A stretch of 64,000 nucleotides of DNA from Candidatus Fraserbacteria bacterium (GCA_037440025.1 JBBIUX010000006.1:11296-75295); one strand, 5' to 3'; positions 46,872-57,180 are shown, counted from the stretch's first letter. Numbers and translations are program-made. Notes: a model not told the origin generated them from the letters alone.

Positions 46872-47159
46872 TCACTTTCTCTGCGGGATTTCCTTGAGCT
46901 TCTCGGCCAACCACAGATGGATGAGGGCGGTGGTGGGTACTCCTTGGCGTTGGGCCTCCGCACGGAGTTGGGCAATTAAGTTCTTAGCTATGGCGCAATA
47001 GACTTTACTAGAACGGATGTTCACGCGCACATCAACTTCCTTCATGAGGTCTTCGTAGTCGGCGGTGCTATGAGTGTCCCAGAACTCCCAGAGCCCTTCG
47101 AGGGAGCTGAAGCTCTCCGGCAAGGGATCGCGTGTACGACTTCGTTTAACTTTTAGCAT
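46872..47159 (-). CDS. brnA: BrnA-like antitoxin (second copy)
   Basis: EGLWEFWDTHSTADYEDLM motif; ATG at 47159 overlaps brnT stop by 14 nt (ORF track extends to 47195). Confidence 0.55.
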   Translation of the reverse strand: MLKVKRSRTRDPLPESFSSLEGLWEFWDTHSTADYEDLMKEVDVRVNIRSSKVYCAIAKNLIAQLRAEAQRQGVPTTALIHLWLAEKLKEIPQRK

Positions 47160-47430
47160 AGAGTTGTCGCTCCTTCCGGTCCATCTCGCGAGCACTGAGG
47201 ATCAGCGCCTTGCCTGTTCGCTTGTAGATGAAAAATGCCGTCAAGTAGCGTCCGGCCTCCATCCGCCCCAGTGCTCGATAGACGTGTTCACCACGGAAAC
47301 GTCCTCGAAGCATCTTCTTAACCTTAGGGCGATGGGCAAAGACTTCTTCGACCTCTTTTGGCGTGACATGGTGCTTCGTCTCAATCTTGGACACCACTTC
47401 TTCCAGCCATAGGAGTTCTGTGATCTCCAC
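47146..47430 (-). CDS. brnT: BrnT-family (DUF497) toxin (second copy)
   Basis: 94 aa; ...KIETKHHVTPKEVEEVF...GRYLTAFFIYK. Confidence 0.65.
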   Translation of the reverse strand: MEITELLWLEEVVSKIETKHHVTPKEVEEVFAHRPKVKKMLRGRFRGEHVYRALGRMEAGRYLTAFFIYKRTGKALILSAREMDRKERQLYAKS

Positions 47431-47638
47431 AATTGCCTATCCATAGCAGACAGCTGCTTCTTAATACTATCATCTCCGACGGGAAAACACAAGCGGGAGC
47501 CTGTAGGCCCCCGCTCGCCAACTCCGATCGGCGAATGAATTCGCCGTCTGAGCAAGATGGAAGCGTGCTGAAGCGCGCTCGTAGCCCGATTCATCGGGCT
47601 TCCATCTGCTGAGACGGATGCTTGAGCATCCGCCCTCC

Positions 47639-48946
47639 TCACTCAGGCGGGACCTCCTTGACCAGCGCGATCGTCTTGATGCCGCCTGCGGCAGCCTTGT
47701 TGTACTGCCAGATCTCGATGGGAGAGACTATGTCGCCGGCGGCGTCGAAGTCCACCGCGCTGCCCGCGCCCTCGTAATTGATCGTGTCCTGGTCTTTGAC
47801 CAGAGCGCGAAGGGCTTTCTCGAAATCCGCAACACCTATTGCAGTGCCAGGCGGGTTGCAACTGCGGCGCAGCCGGTCGCGCACGGCTGTCCCACTCGCG
47901 GCCACACCGTCTTTGAGAGCCTGAGCATAGGCCAATCCAAGCGCAGCTACCGCATCGTAGGTCGTATCAATATACGGAATCGGCGGGATAGCGCCGTAGA
48001 CCTTCTTGAATTCCTCCTCGAACTTCTTGGCGTTGGGATCCGCTGGATCGGCGGCTGCTACCGTTCCGTAGAAGCCCTCCAGCAGGTCTGCACCCAACGC
48101 TTTGATCATGTCAGCGGACTTGGTACCATCTACGAACAGGAAGCTGCGGTATCTCTGGACTTCGACCGATTCTTTCAGGTAGATCGCAGCATGGCCGGGA
48201 TAGCTGATCGCAATCAGCACGTCCGGCTTGCCGTCCAGAGCCCTGCGCAGCTCGGCCACATAGCTGGCCTGTGGGTCCTCCGGGTGCGGGACCGCCGCGA
48301 GCACCTTGCCGCCGCGCTTCTCGAACGATTTGGCAAAGCGATCGTTTAAGCCTTGGCCGTAAGCGTTGTTGACGTAGAGCGTAGAGGCCGTGTTGTATTT
48401 GACCGGCGCTTCTTTGATCTCGCCCCGCGCCAACATGGCCAGGACGACCCCTTGGAGCGCATCTGAAGCCGTCGTCCGGAAGAGATAGTCATCATCCGGT
48501 TCGACAGTCAACAAGGGCGAGGAGGATGCTGGCGAGAGCTGGGGAACTTTGTTGGGCTTGGAGACTTCGCGGGCGATGGCCAGCGAAGCGCTGCTGGCTA
48601 ACCCGCCGACCAGCCCGACGGCTCCGTCCACTTTGACGAGCTTATTGGCACGATCCACGACTTGAGCGAAGTTGGGGAAGCCGGGGTCTTCGTGGACAAG
48701 TTTCACAATGGGGCCGCCGAGGACTTCCTTAGCGGCTTCGTTGAGGTGCTTCGCGGCGAGATCAGCGCCCTTGCGCTCTGCCGGGCCGAACTCGGCCAAC
48801 GGGCCGGTAGAGTCCAAAAGCGTCCCGATGGTGACCACCGGCGGTTGGGCGAGAAGCACAGGGCCACGGAGGACACCACTGAGAGTCACTGTGCCGACAG
48901 CCAGACCAACTCCTTTTAAGAATGTGCGACGTTTGAGAACTTTCAT
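47639..48946 (-). CDS. LivK-type periplasmic substrate-binding protein (Tat signal RRTFLKG)
   Basis: Type-I periplasmic binding fold; twin-arginine signal. Confidence 0.8.
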   Translation of the reverse strand: MKVLKRRTFLKGVGLAVGTVTLSGVLRGPVLLAQPPVVTIGTLLDSTGPLAEFGPAERKGADLAAKHLNEAAKEVLGGPIVKLVHEDPGFPNFAQVVDRANKLVKVDGAVGLVGGLASSASLAIAREVSKPNKVPQLSPASSSPLLTVEPDDDYLFRTTASDALQGVVLAMLARGEIKEAPVKYNTASTLYVNNAYGQGLNDRFAKSFEKRGGKVLAAVPHPEDPQASYVAELRRALDGKPDVLIAISYPGHAAIYLKESVEVQRYRSFLFVDGTKSADMIKALGADLLEGFYGTVAAADPADPNAKKFEEEFKKVYGAIPPIPYIDTTYDAVAALGLAYAQALKDGVAASGTAVRDRLRRSCNPPGTAIGVADFEKALRALVKDQDTINYEGAGSAVDFDAAGDIVSPIEIWQYNKAAAGGIKTIALVKEVPPE

Positions 48947-49161
48947 AGCAAAAGAAACCCTCCTTTTTTGATAATGTTAAAGCCATCGAGCGCCACAAAA
49001 CAGCTACACCAGGAAATCCACATTTTTATTGTGCGTGAACCACCTCCTGAAGGGGCACGTTGCAACGTGCCCTTACTCCTTCATTTTGGCGCTCGACGGC
49101 CTCGCGTTAGGCGGATTATAGCGTTGAGGCCCTGGGGAAGTCAAGACCCCCTCTTTTTTGA

Positions 49162-50445
49162 TTACTCTGAGGGCATTTCCAGACGAACTGTCTGAATTGT
49201 GCCTCTTGTGTACCGCCAAATTTCAATGGGAGTGATCACGTCTCCGTGGGTATCAAAATTGACCGCGCCGGCGGCTCCTTCATAGTCTATCTCCTTGCCG
49301 TCTTTGAGCGCTTGAAGAGCTTGCTTGAGGCCCTCGACGCCCGCGCTTACGATTTCACCCGGAGGGTTGCTTACAAAACGCAGGGCATCACGGATAGCCA
49401 GACCTTCGGCCTTGGCAGCTTTCTGAATTGCCAAGGCCAGCAAGATCACCGCATCATACGTATTGGCCATAAAAGGCTGCGGCGGCAATTCGTTATACGC
49501 TCGCTGATATGCAGCGTTGAAAATCTCCAGCGAAGGAGTCTTTTCCGACCCCGGCGCGGTGCCGTACATCCCCTCGACGGCTTCAGCTCCGACGGCTTCA
49601 ATGATCTTCTCGGATTTCGTTCCGTCCACAAACAAAAACGTATTGATGTACCCGCCCTCCATCGCTTCTTTGAGATAAATCGTCGCATGTCCTGGGTAGC
49701 CGATGGCGACGAGTACATCGGTCTGAGCTTCGGTCAACTTGCGCAGCTCGGCCACGTAGCTAGGCTGGGTTTCCTCCGGGTGCGCGGCCTCGCTCACCAC
49801 GCGCCCGCCGTAGCGCTCGAACGACCTCTTGAACTCATCTGTAAGACCTTGTCCATAGGGGTTGTTCACGTACATTACGGCGGCGGCCGTGTATCCCAAC
49901 TCAAAAGCCAACTTTCCCAAAATCACACCCTGCAGGGCATCGGACGGACATGTTCGGAAGAGCAAATCTTTGCCTGCATCGTCCGGCAAATTCGTCAAGA
50001 GCGGCGAGGTCGAGGCCGGTGAGATCAGAATGACTCTGTTGGGGATCGTGACGGTCTGTGCCACGGGCACCGTGACCCCGCTGGCCAGTGCGCCGACGAT
50101 CGCCGGGACTTTATCAATCTCGATGAGTTTCTTCGCGCGGTCAATAGCTACGGAAGCCGCCGTCGCTGCGTCCTCGTGCACGAGCTCAAGCGTGCGTCCC
50201 CCCAACAGCCCACCGGCATCATTGATGTGCGTGGCTGCCAAGTCAGCCGAATTGCGCAACGGTGGCCCGAACTCAGCCAACGCGCCGGTATAGTCCAACA
50301 GCGTGCCGATCTTGATCGGCCCCGATGGCTGGGATGGCCCACAGCTTGCCAGCCCTATGAGCCAGCTCAGTCCTGCTATAGCTCCAATGCCCCGTAAGAA
50401 CTCACGTCGCGTGTGCTTCATAGCGTACCTCCTTGAGAGATTCAT
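49162..50445 (-). CDS. LivK-type substrate-binding lipoprotein (RREFLRG Tat motif + LASC lipobox), paralogue
   Basis: Collinear with the 47639 product. Confidence 0.8.
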   Translation of the reverse strand: MNLSRRYAMKHTRREFLRGIGAIAGLSWLIGLASCGPSQPSGPIKIGTLLDYTGALAEFGPPLRNSADLAATHINDAGGLLGGRTLELVHEDAATAASVAIDRAKKLIEIDKVPAIVGALASGVTVPVAQTVTIPNRVILISPASTSPLLTNLPDDAGKDLLFRTCPSDALQGVILGKLAFELGYTAAAVMYVNNPYGQGLTDEFKRSFERYGGRVVSEAAHPEETQPSYVAELRKLTEAQTDVLVAIGYPGHATIYLKEAMEGGYINTFLFVDGTKSEKIIEAVGAEAVEGMYGTAPGSEKTPSLEIFNAAYQRAYNELPPQPFMANTYDAVILLALAIQKAAKAEGLAIRDALRFVSNPPGEIVSAGVEGLKQALQALKDGKEIDYEGAAGAVNFDTHGDVITPIEIWRYTRGTIQTVRLEMPSE

Positions 50446-50515
50446 GCCAATCCTAGAGAGTCAGTGATTTGCTTGTCAAATCTGGGCTGTGCTATGCTAA
50501 TGGCAGGGTGAGTTT

Positions 50516-51082
50516 GTGAAAAAGACCAATGAGATAACAGAACTGATACGACGGCTGCTCACGCATATCGGAGAAGACCCCGACCGTGAGGACTTGCTTG
50601 AAACCCCGCGACGCTTCATCGAGATGATCGAGTCACTCACCGCGGGTTATCACCAAGATCCTCAAGAGCTTGTGGCTGGGGCGATCTTTCCCGTTAAGTA
50701 CGATCAGATGATCGTCGTCAAAGACATTCTGTTTTACAGTCTCTGCCAGCATCATATCCTGCCCTTCTTTGGCAAGGCCCACGTCGGCTATATCCCCAAT
50801 AGCAAGGTGATCGGCATGAGCAAGATCCCTCAGGTCGTTGAACATTTTTCGAAGAAATTGCAACTCCAAGAGTGCCTCAGCGAAGAGATCGCTGACTTCT
50901 TGATGGAGGCGCTCCGGCCCAAAGGGGTCGGCGTCGTCGTCGAGGGCTTTCACTTGTGCATGGCCATGCGCGAGCTGCAAAAAGACGCCTGGTTAGTAAC
51001 CAGCGCCGTGAAGGGTATTTTCAGAAGAGACCCACGCACACGCGGCGAGTTTTTGCAACTTATCGGCAAACGGGGTTTGTAA
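50516..51082 (+). CDS. folE: GTP cyclohydrolase I
   Basis: CQHHILPFFGKAHVGYIPN and downstream cysteine/His ligands. Confidence 0.85.
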   Translation: MKKTNEITELIRRLLTHIGEDPDREDLLETPRRFIEMIESLTAGYHQDPQELVAGAIFPVKYDQMIVVKDILFYSLCQHHILPFFGKAHVGYIPNSKVIGMSKIPQVVEHFSKKLQLQECLSEEIADFLMEALRPKGVGVVVEGFHLCMAMRELQKDAWLVTSAVKGIFRRDPRTRGEFLQLIGKRGL

Positions 51083-51409
51083 ATGGCTACAGAGCGCTCT
51101 CGACAAGTGCTGTTTGAGGTTCAAAGTGTCTTAGGGCGCACGATTCGCCTCACCCGTCGTTATTGGCTCAAGATTGTGCGGGATAAGCACCCAGTCATGC
51201 GCGGTAAGGAACAACACGTGCAAAAAGCTTTGGCTGAACCGGTAGAGGTGCGTCGCAGCAAGTCTGACCCTGCTGTCCATCTCTACTATCGTCGATATGG
51301 TCAGCGGTTTATCTGCGTGGTAGCGCGACATCAGAACGGCGACGGCTTTGTAATTACCACCTATATCAGCGATAATATCAAAGAAGGTGAGATCGTATGG
51401 AGAAGATAA
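51083..51409 (+). CDS. DUF4258 toxin-like protein
   Basis: 108 aa; classic partner of DUF2283; 13-nt overlap. Confidence 0.5.
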   Translation: MATERSRQVLFEVQSVLGRTIRLTRRYWLKIVRDKHPVMRGKEQHVQKALAEPVEVRRSKSDPAVHLYYRRYGQRFICVVARHQNGDGFVITTYISDNIKEGEIVWRR

Positions 51410-51618
51410 AAAAGATCAAGGTGATTTACGATCGGGAGGGGAACACGTTGAATGTTTGGTTTGCAGACCCTCACAAAGAATACACGTGTGAGGAGACCGG
51501 AGAAGAAGTCATATTGGTGAAGGATCGTACAGGGCGCGTGATCGGCTTCGAGAAGCTGAACTTCCTCTCGCAGCCGCTCTTGCACCCAGAACTCGACGTG
51601 GAAGCGGTTGTCAAATAG
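51397..51618 (+). CDS. DUF2283 antitoxin-like protein
   Basis: 73 aa; KVIYDREGNTLNVWF pattern. Confidence 0.5.
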   Translation: MEKIKKIKVIYDREGNTLNVWFADPHKEYTCEETGEEVILVKDRTGRVIGFEKLNFLSQPLLHPELDVEAVVK

Positions 51619-51623
51619 TGATG

Positions 51624-52292
51624 CTAGCGTGATTTTGGCGTATACGAGACCGTGAACTCGACTAAGACCCCGCTGAAATCTTTAGGGGGCCCGGAGATTT
51701 TTTCAGAAAAATGCTCCCAGGCCCCCGACCACGGAGACCAGATATACCCAAAAGAAGCCCGCAGCGTGATCACGTCCGTCAGCACAAACTCAATCCCGAC
51801 ACGGGGAACCACCGAGAGAAAGAGCCGCCTCAGCAGCGTGTCGTGCGCCGTTTGCAAGACGGACTCAAAGTCTTCTTCGGTGAGGGCGCGTTGGCCCAAG
51901 AGCAGTGTGGCTGTGCCCACACCAAGCCCCCCGCTCACAAAACCACGTAAGCTGGGCACGGCTTGCGAGAGCGGCCAGCGCCTGTCCACAAAAGCACTGA
52001 AATAAAAGAGCGAAAGACTCACTCGTCGTGGGCCGCGCTGCGCACCTACGGAACCTTCCGCTAGGGAAAGCCCTAAGGGAAGCCACTCGACCGCGTGCAC
52101 CCGCGTCCAGCTGCCCGTCAACGGCACGGGGGAGGAGAGTGCCGGGAAATCGTTCTTTCCTAGAAGCTCGTTGAGATCACTTACACTGAGATAGAATAGC
52201 CCGGAGACCAGCTCAAAAAGCGATGACGGTTCTTGTGCTAGGGCCATTCCTACACACAGAACTACCCCGGCTAGATAGACGAGTCTTTTCAT
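51624..52292 (-). CDS. Hypothetical exported protein (signal peptide, beta-rich)
   Basis: MKRLVYLAGVVLCVGMALAQEP signal; no family recognised. Confidence 0.4.
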   Translation of the reverse strand: MKRLVYLAGVVLCVGMALAQEPSSLFELVSGLFYLSVSDLNELLGKNDFPALSSPVPLTGSWTRVHAVEWLPLGLSLAEGSVGAQRGPRRVSLSLFYFSAFVDRRWPLSQAVPSLRGFVSGGLGVGTATLLLGQRALTEEDFESVLQTAHDTLLRRLFLSVVPRVGIEFVLTDVITLRASFGYIWSPWSGAWEHFSEKISGPPKDFSGVLVEFTVSYTPKSR

Positions 52293-52322
52293 AAAAAAGC
52301 CTCCTTATAAATTTTCACGCTG

Positions 52323-53258
52323 TCAATGTTCGTACCCCCGATCGGGCAAGAGAATACTTTCTGGTCCGATCTGCATCCTCACGCCCTCTGTTTGGGGTAC
52401 TACTTGGCCGATAACAGTAAACTCACAAACCTGCCGGGCGTCAAGGAGTAGCTCTGACGGGAGCGTGAAGAGCAGCTCGAAATCTTCCCCAAAGAAAAGC
52501 CCCATGGCGAGGAGCTCGTCTTGATCGCGGGCCAGCTCTTCGATCTCCAGAGCAAAGGGGATCGCCGTTGCGTCCAAGCGAAAGCCGACTCTACTCGCCT
52601 CGCCCAGCTGATAGAGCGAACGCGCTAGCCCATCTGAAATATCCATCATGCTGCTCGCCAAGGGCGCGAGCGCCTGCCCTTCGCTCAGTCGGGGTGTGAA
52701 CTGCAAGAGCTGGTTGGCTTGATCGTACTCTTTCTGTTCGAAAAACTGAAGCGCCGCGGCTGTTCGGCCTAAATCTCCTGTGACGCAGACGAGATGCTCT
52801 TCATGGGCACCTTGGCGCCGGACGGGCTTTTGTGCCTCCCCCAGCCCTGTCGTCACTATCGTTAGCTCGCTGTGACGGTCGGTATCACCACCAAGTAATT
52901 TTGTCTCGCACGCATCGCAGCACGCTAAGGCCCCGTCTAAGAGTTCTTCTAAAAATTTTTTATCAAACTCCGGTGCCCCCAGGGCGATCACGACACCGAG
53001 TGGCTTTCCGCCCATCGCGGCGATGTCACTGAGCGAGACGGCCACGGCTCGCCACCCGATCGTGTAAGGCGTCACCCCTTCAGGGAAGTCCGTCTGACGA
53101 TGGAGCATATCCGTCGTCAGCAGAAGATTGGTCTTTTTGAAGGGGATGACGGCACAATCGTCGCCGATGGGAAGCTTGCCGCTCAAGAGCCTGATGACAT
53201 CGCGCTCGCGCATAGTCTTAACTATAACAAAGCGCCTCGGAGCTCGCCACGGCGACAA
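52323..53258 (-). CDS. thiL: Thiamine-monophosphate kinase (AIR-synthase-related fold)
   Basis: LSGKLPIGDDCAV...GGDTD... ; start may be the internal ATG near 53213. Confidence 0.7.
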   Translation of the reverse strand: MSPWRAPRRFVIVKTMRERDVIRLLSGKLPIGDDCAVIPFKKTNLLLTTDMLHRQTDFPEGVTPYTIGWRAVAVSLSDIAAMGGKPLGVVIALGAPEFDKKFLEELLDGALACCDACETKLLGGDTDRHSELTIVTTGLGEAQKPVRRQGAHEEHLVCVTGDLGRTAAALQFFEQKEYDQANQLLQFTPRLSEGQALAPLASSMMDISDGLARSLYQLGEASRVGFRLDATAIPFALEIEELARDQDELLAMGLFFGEDFELLFTLPSELLLDARQVCEFTVIGQVVPQTEGVRMQIGPESILLPDRGYEH

Positions 53259-53339
53259 GCGATTTTTGACGACGGCTCTACCGACTTTTTATGGCCCGTT
53301 GAGCTACACTGCTAGTATCTCGAGACCAAAGGAGACGAT

Positions 53340-54005
53340 ACCTATGCGCAAGTTCATGGCGCTGATAGGCTTGACGGCTCTGTTGGGCTTGAGCACCGAT
53401 GCGGCTCTTGGGACAGGGGGAAACGTAGCTGAAAAGCCGGTTTATGTCGTGGTCATGACGCACGTCGAGGGCGACAGACCCGAACACGAAAGCAGCCCCA
53501 CTTGTGTGAGCGATCTGCGCTATCAGACGGACCCGCTGCCCCTGCCCGGCGTGCCGCCGCGAGGCACTTCGTTTGCCATAGACATCGCGGGCACCGAGCT
53601 GCTGCACGAGATCTTGCAGAAATACGCAGATTTAGATGGCAAGAGGCCGATGTCGGGCCGTATCTAGAATATTCGAGCCGAGTACAAGCTGTCGTAGATA
53701 TGTTCGGCCCGACAGATCTGACGGTGCTCTTTGAGGGAGCCAATCCCAGACTGATGGAGCAGGTCTTCGGCACGTCAGACCGAAACTCAGAGGTCTTAAA
53801 GCGAGCCGGCCCCGTCAACTGGGTCTCTGCGGATGATCCGCCGTTCTTGATTTTGCACGGCGAACGCGACCCGCTCGTCCCCGTCAGTCAGTCTCAAATT
53901 TTCTATGAGAAACTACAAGCGGCGGGCGTGTCGGCGACGCTCGTGATCGTGAAGAACGCCGGGCACAGCTTTGCCCCGATGGGCGGGCCGATCAGCCCAA
54001 AAGGA
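53340..54005 (+). pseudogene. Secreted alpha/beta-hydrolase (esterase/S9-like) remnant: N-terminal part and C-terminal part in different frames, nucleophile region missing
   Basis: Signal peptide ORF 53340-53667; C-terminal motifs (DPPFLILHGERDPLVP, NAGHSF) continue in another frame from ~53640; no GxSxG found. Confidence 0.4.
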
Positions 54006-54144
54006 GGGAATGTCATGCGCGGTTTGAAGTGGGTCGGCTTAGGCGCGGCCTTGGTCTTTTTGGCCTTGGCTGCGGGGAATTCAGGGCGGGTCGGCTTGGC
54101 GCAGAGTCAGCCGAACGTAGGCGGCCATCCGCCGCGAGATCCAA

Positions 54145-54480
54145 TTGGACGATTTCATCGTCATGCCCAACCATCTGCACGGCATCGTGATCATCACCGA
54201 CGGCAGGGGATTGCATTCCGTAGGGGCGCACGGCCGTGCGCCCCTACATCGTGCCCCCAGATCATTGGGATCATTCATCGCCGGTTTCAAATCGGCTACC
54301 ACCCAACGGATCAATCGCATCCGTGGCACGCCGGGAATGCCCCTATGGCAACGCAATTATTACGAGCACGTCATCCGCACCGAGGACGAGCTGAACCAGA
54401 TTCGCGCGTATATTGCCGAAAGTCCCTGGAAATGGGAATGGGACGAGAACCATCCGAGCCACCTGCTGGCTCCCCACTGA
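54145..54480 (+). pseudogene. REP-associated tyrosine transposase (RAYT / IS200-like TnpA) fragment lacking the N-terminal ~50 residues
   Basis: HuH motif VMPNHLHGIV and catalytic-Tyr region WQRNYYEHVIR present; frame closed by TAG two codons upstream of the AIRREIQLDDF segment. Confidence 0.55.
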
Positions 54481-54607
54481 GGCCAGACGAGCAAGCTGTC
54501 AGACGTCGGGGCAAAAGAGAAAACGATCCCGTGGCGCAGCGACCCCTCTGGCTTGCGGAGAACAGAACGTTAGCCTAAAATAGCCAGTAGAGGATGTGTA
54601 GAATTTC

Positions 54608-54880
54608 ATGCTCAACGGCGATGTGGGCCTTCTGGAGCGGATGCGCCGCACTCGCAGCGGTTGGGGCGAAGATGACTTGGACAAGCTCTACCGTAGCTTC
54701 GGCTTCCGTGAGATCACACGCCCCAGAGCTCCGCACCGCGTCTACGTCCACCCCGACCATCCCGATCTGCGGGCCACCGTCGCACGAAAGAAGTCTCTGC
54801 CCAAGGGATATGCAACGACCGCCGTGCGGATCATCGACAAGCTCTTGGAGAGGCAGAAAGCGAAAGGGGGCAATCCATGA
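54608..54880 (+). CDS. hicA: HicA-family mRNA interferase toxin
   Basis: ...HRVYVHPDHPDLRATVARKKSLPKGYATTAVRIIDKL fits the HicA (YcfA-like) pattern; 4-nt overlap with hicB. Confidence 0.55.
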   Translation: MLNGDVGLLERMRRTRSGWGEDDLDKLYRSFGFREITRPRAPHRVYVHPDHPDLRATVARKKSLPKGYATTAVRIIDKLLERQKAKGGNP

Positions 54881-55116
54881 AGAAGGATGTAGGCTACTAT
54901 GACCGCTTGCCGTGGAAGGTTGAGATCGAGCCTGAGCGCCAGGACGACGGCACGATCGTTTACATTGCCTCGCATCCAGAATTTGAGGGTGTGTTAGGCA
55001 GTGGGGCCACGCCTGAAGAAGCGCTGGCTGATCTACACCAAGCGCGTCGGGCCATGATCGAGGCTTTGCTGGCCGAGGGCTATCCCGTGCCCGAGCCGAC
55101 AGCCGTCGCAGTCTAG
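54877..55116 (+). CDS. hicB: HicB-family antitoxin (UPF0150)
   Basis: 79 aa; ...YIASHPEFEGVLGSGATPEEALADL... Confidence 0.55.
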   Translation: MKKDVGYYDRLPWKVEIEPERQDDGTIVYIASHPEFEGVLGSGATPEEALADLHQARRAMIEALLAEGYPVPEPTAVAV

Positions 55117-55312
55117 TATCTTCTTCATCGCGGGCTGCCGAGGACAGCTGATTCAATCTCTTCCCCTAGGCAGATCCTGGGACTGACCATCACAGGAGAG
55201 AAGAGTTTGCAGGCACCGATCTCTTGGTGCAGGGAGTGCAACCCCTTGACAGAGCGGCTTCAGAGCCATATAATTAGGAATCCTAACTATATCAGATCAA
55301 AGGAGGCTCGCT

Positions 55313-55888
55313 ATGAATATCGCTGGCTACACCTACGGGAGCGCCGCTCCCTCGCCCGTCCCGATGAAAGAGTTTGAGGAGCTCAAGCAAGCGGTGCTCT
55401 TCACCGCCGAAGACGCAAAGTACCTCAAGATGGCCGGCGAAGTCCTCAAAGACCAAATTGACGCCGTATTAGATCTCTGGTACGGCTTTGTGGGATCACA
55501 CCCGCATCTGGTCTATTACTTCGCCGGGCCTGATGGCAAGCCCGATGCAGATTATTTAGCTCAAGTGCGCAAGCGCTTTGGCCAATGGATATTAGATACC
55601 TGCACTCGCCCCTACGATCAGACGTGGCTGAACTATCAGCACGAGATCGGGCTGCGCCACCATCGCACCAAGAAGAATCAAACCGATAGAGTGCGCTCCG
55701 TGCCCCACGTCCCGCTGCGCTATCTCATCGCTTTTATCTACCCCATCACGGCGACGATCAAGCCCTTCTTGGCGAAGAAGGGGCACAGCCCCGACGAGGT
55801 TGATAAGATGCACCAAGCATGGTTCAAGTCGGTCACGCTGCAGGTCGCGCTGTGGAGCTCCCCCTATGCGAAAGACGGAGATTTTTAA
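55313..55888 (+). CDS. Protoglobin / globin-sensor-domain protein
   Basis: ~190 aa with protoglobin-like helices (LDLWYGFVGSHPHLVYYF...WLNYQHEIGLRHH). Confidence 0.45.
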   Translation: MNIAGYTYGSAAPSPVPMKEFEELKQAVLFTAEDAKYLKMAGEVLKDQIDAVLDLWYGFVGSHPHLVYYFAGPDGKPDADYLAQVRKRFGQWILDTCTRPYDQTWLNYQHEIGLRHHRTKKNQTDRVRSVPHVPLRYLIAFIYPITATIKPFLAKKGHSPDEVDKMHQAWFKSVTLQVALWSSPYAKDGDF

Positions 55889-56570
55889 CCTAACCCCCCG
55901 CCCCCCTTCCCTAAAGGGTAAGGTGGAGAACTCCCCTCCCACTTTAGGGGAGGGGCTGGGGGAGAGGTCTGGACCAGACTTAGACGAGAAGATCATTGGA
56001 GCGCTGGAGCGGCTCTCCCACGTGCTGCGCACGCTCCTGTGGGAGGAGGCCGTGGAGAGCCGTCTCAGCCCCATCCAGATTCAAACGCTCATCTATCTGA
56101 ATTCTCACACAGGAGATCTCTGCCGTGTGGGGCAGCTCGCCCAGGAGTTCGGGCTGACCCCCGCGACGATGAGTGACGCCGTCGCTTCGCTGGAAGCGAA
56201 GGGGCTGCTCACCCGCAAGCCGTGGCTGGAAGACCGACGCGCGCAGACGCTGCGCCTGACAGCTCAGGGGCGGCGTTCTGCCGAAAAGCTCTCGCGCTGG
56301 GCAGAAGCCCTGCAAGAGTCGCTCGCGCAGCTCTCCGAAACAGAGAAAGCAGAAAGTTTGAAGTTCTTGCTCAAGCTCATTGAGTCGCTCTATCGCGCTG
56401 GTATTATTACAGTCGCGAGGATCTGTCTGACATGCCGGTTCTTTCGTCCCAACGCCCATAGAGATTCCCAAGCGCCGCATCACTGTGCGTTGATGGACAA
56501 GCCCTTGGCCGAGTGCGATCTGAGAGTAGACTGTTTGGAACATGAACTGGCCTTATCGCCCGGCAACTAA
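55800..56570 (+). CDS. MarR-family transcriptional regulator with Cys-rich C-terminal extension (true start probably ~55980, after the repeat)
   Basis: Winged-helix region LNSHTGDLCRVGQLAQEFGLTPATMSDAVASLEAKGLLTRKP; C-terminal CLTC...C...C. Confidence 0.6.
   Translation: MIRCTKHGSSRSRCRSRCGAPPMRKTEIFNLTPRPPSLKGKVENSPPTLGEGLGERSGPDLDEKIIGALERLSHVLRTLLWEEAVESRLSPIQIQTLIYLNSHTGDLCRVGQLAQEFGLTPATMSDAVASLEAKGLLTRKPWLEDRRAQTLRLTAQGRRSAEKLSRWAEALQESLAQLSETEKAESLKFLLKLIESLYRAGIITVARICLTCRFFRPNAHRDSQAPHHCALMDKPLAECDLRVDCLEHELALSPGN
55889..55969. repeat. Family A REP-like double hairpin
   Basis: CTAACCCCCCGCCCCCCTTCCCTAAAGGGTAAGG...CCCCTCCCACTTTAGGGGAGGGGCTGGGGGAGAGGTC. Confidence 0.8.
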
Positions 56571-56631
56571 AGTTGCGGGCTGGGGTTGCGAAGCCCGCTG
56601 AAGCGGGCTTTGTAACTTCTAGCCTGTGGCT

Positions 56632-57180
56632 TCAGCCACCAGGCTTTTTCGCCAGCAGCCAGACCACGCCCACGCCCAGCAGCAGGTCCCCCATGCTGAA
56701 CGCATTGGCAAACGGCACCCAGCTGGGCAGCCAAAAGATATCCCCCAAAACATTGAGCTTCGTCTGCTCGCTCATTAATATGACGTTGCCTGAGACGCCG
56801 TCAGTTAGTAATTTTTCTACTGTTGCAATTCTCCCGGCAGCGCGTAGTGCGTCTATGGACGCCGGCATGTGCCCGCCGTTGGCCGTGATCACGATGAAGT
56901 TTGAAAGCATCCCCAGGGCCATCACCCATAATGCCCGCTCGCGGACATTCACTACAGCAAAGAGCAGCAAGAGCAGATACGACCCAATGTGAAAAAACTC
57001 CATCCCCCAGGTGAGGATAGGCTTGGCCCCCTGACCCAAGGGGAGAATGAGTATCTGAATGAGCACAGCGAGCAGCACCAACCAACTTGCTCGTAGCTTC
57101 AATTGCGCAAGATGTGCTACTCCCCGATGGCGCACCAACCCGATAAGAAGCCCTAGGAGAATCGCCCAGAGGAGGACCAT
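56632..57180 (-). CDS. Polytopic membrane protein (DUF5317-like)
   Basis: 5-6 hydrophobic helices; 28-nt overlap with upstream HD-GYP gene. Confidence 0.4.
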   Translation of the reverse strand: MVLLWAILLGLLIGLVRHRGVAHLAQLKLRASWLVLLAVLIQILILPLGQGAKPILTWGMEFFHIGSYLLLLLFAVVNVRERALWVMALGMLSNFIVITANGGHMPASIDALRAAGRIATVEKLLTDGVSGNVILMSEQTKLNVLGDIFWLPSWVPFANAFSMGDLLLGVGVVWLLAKKPGG

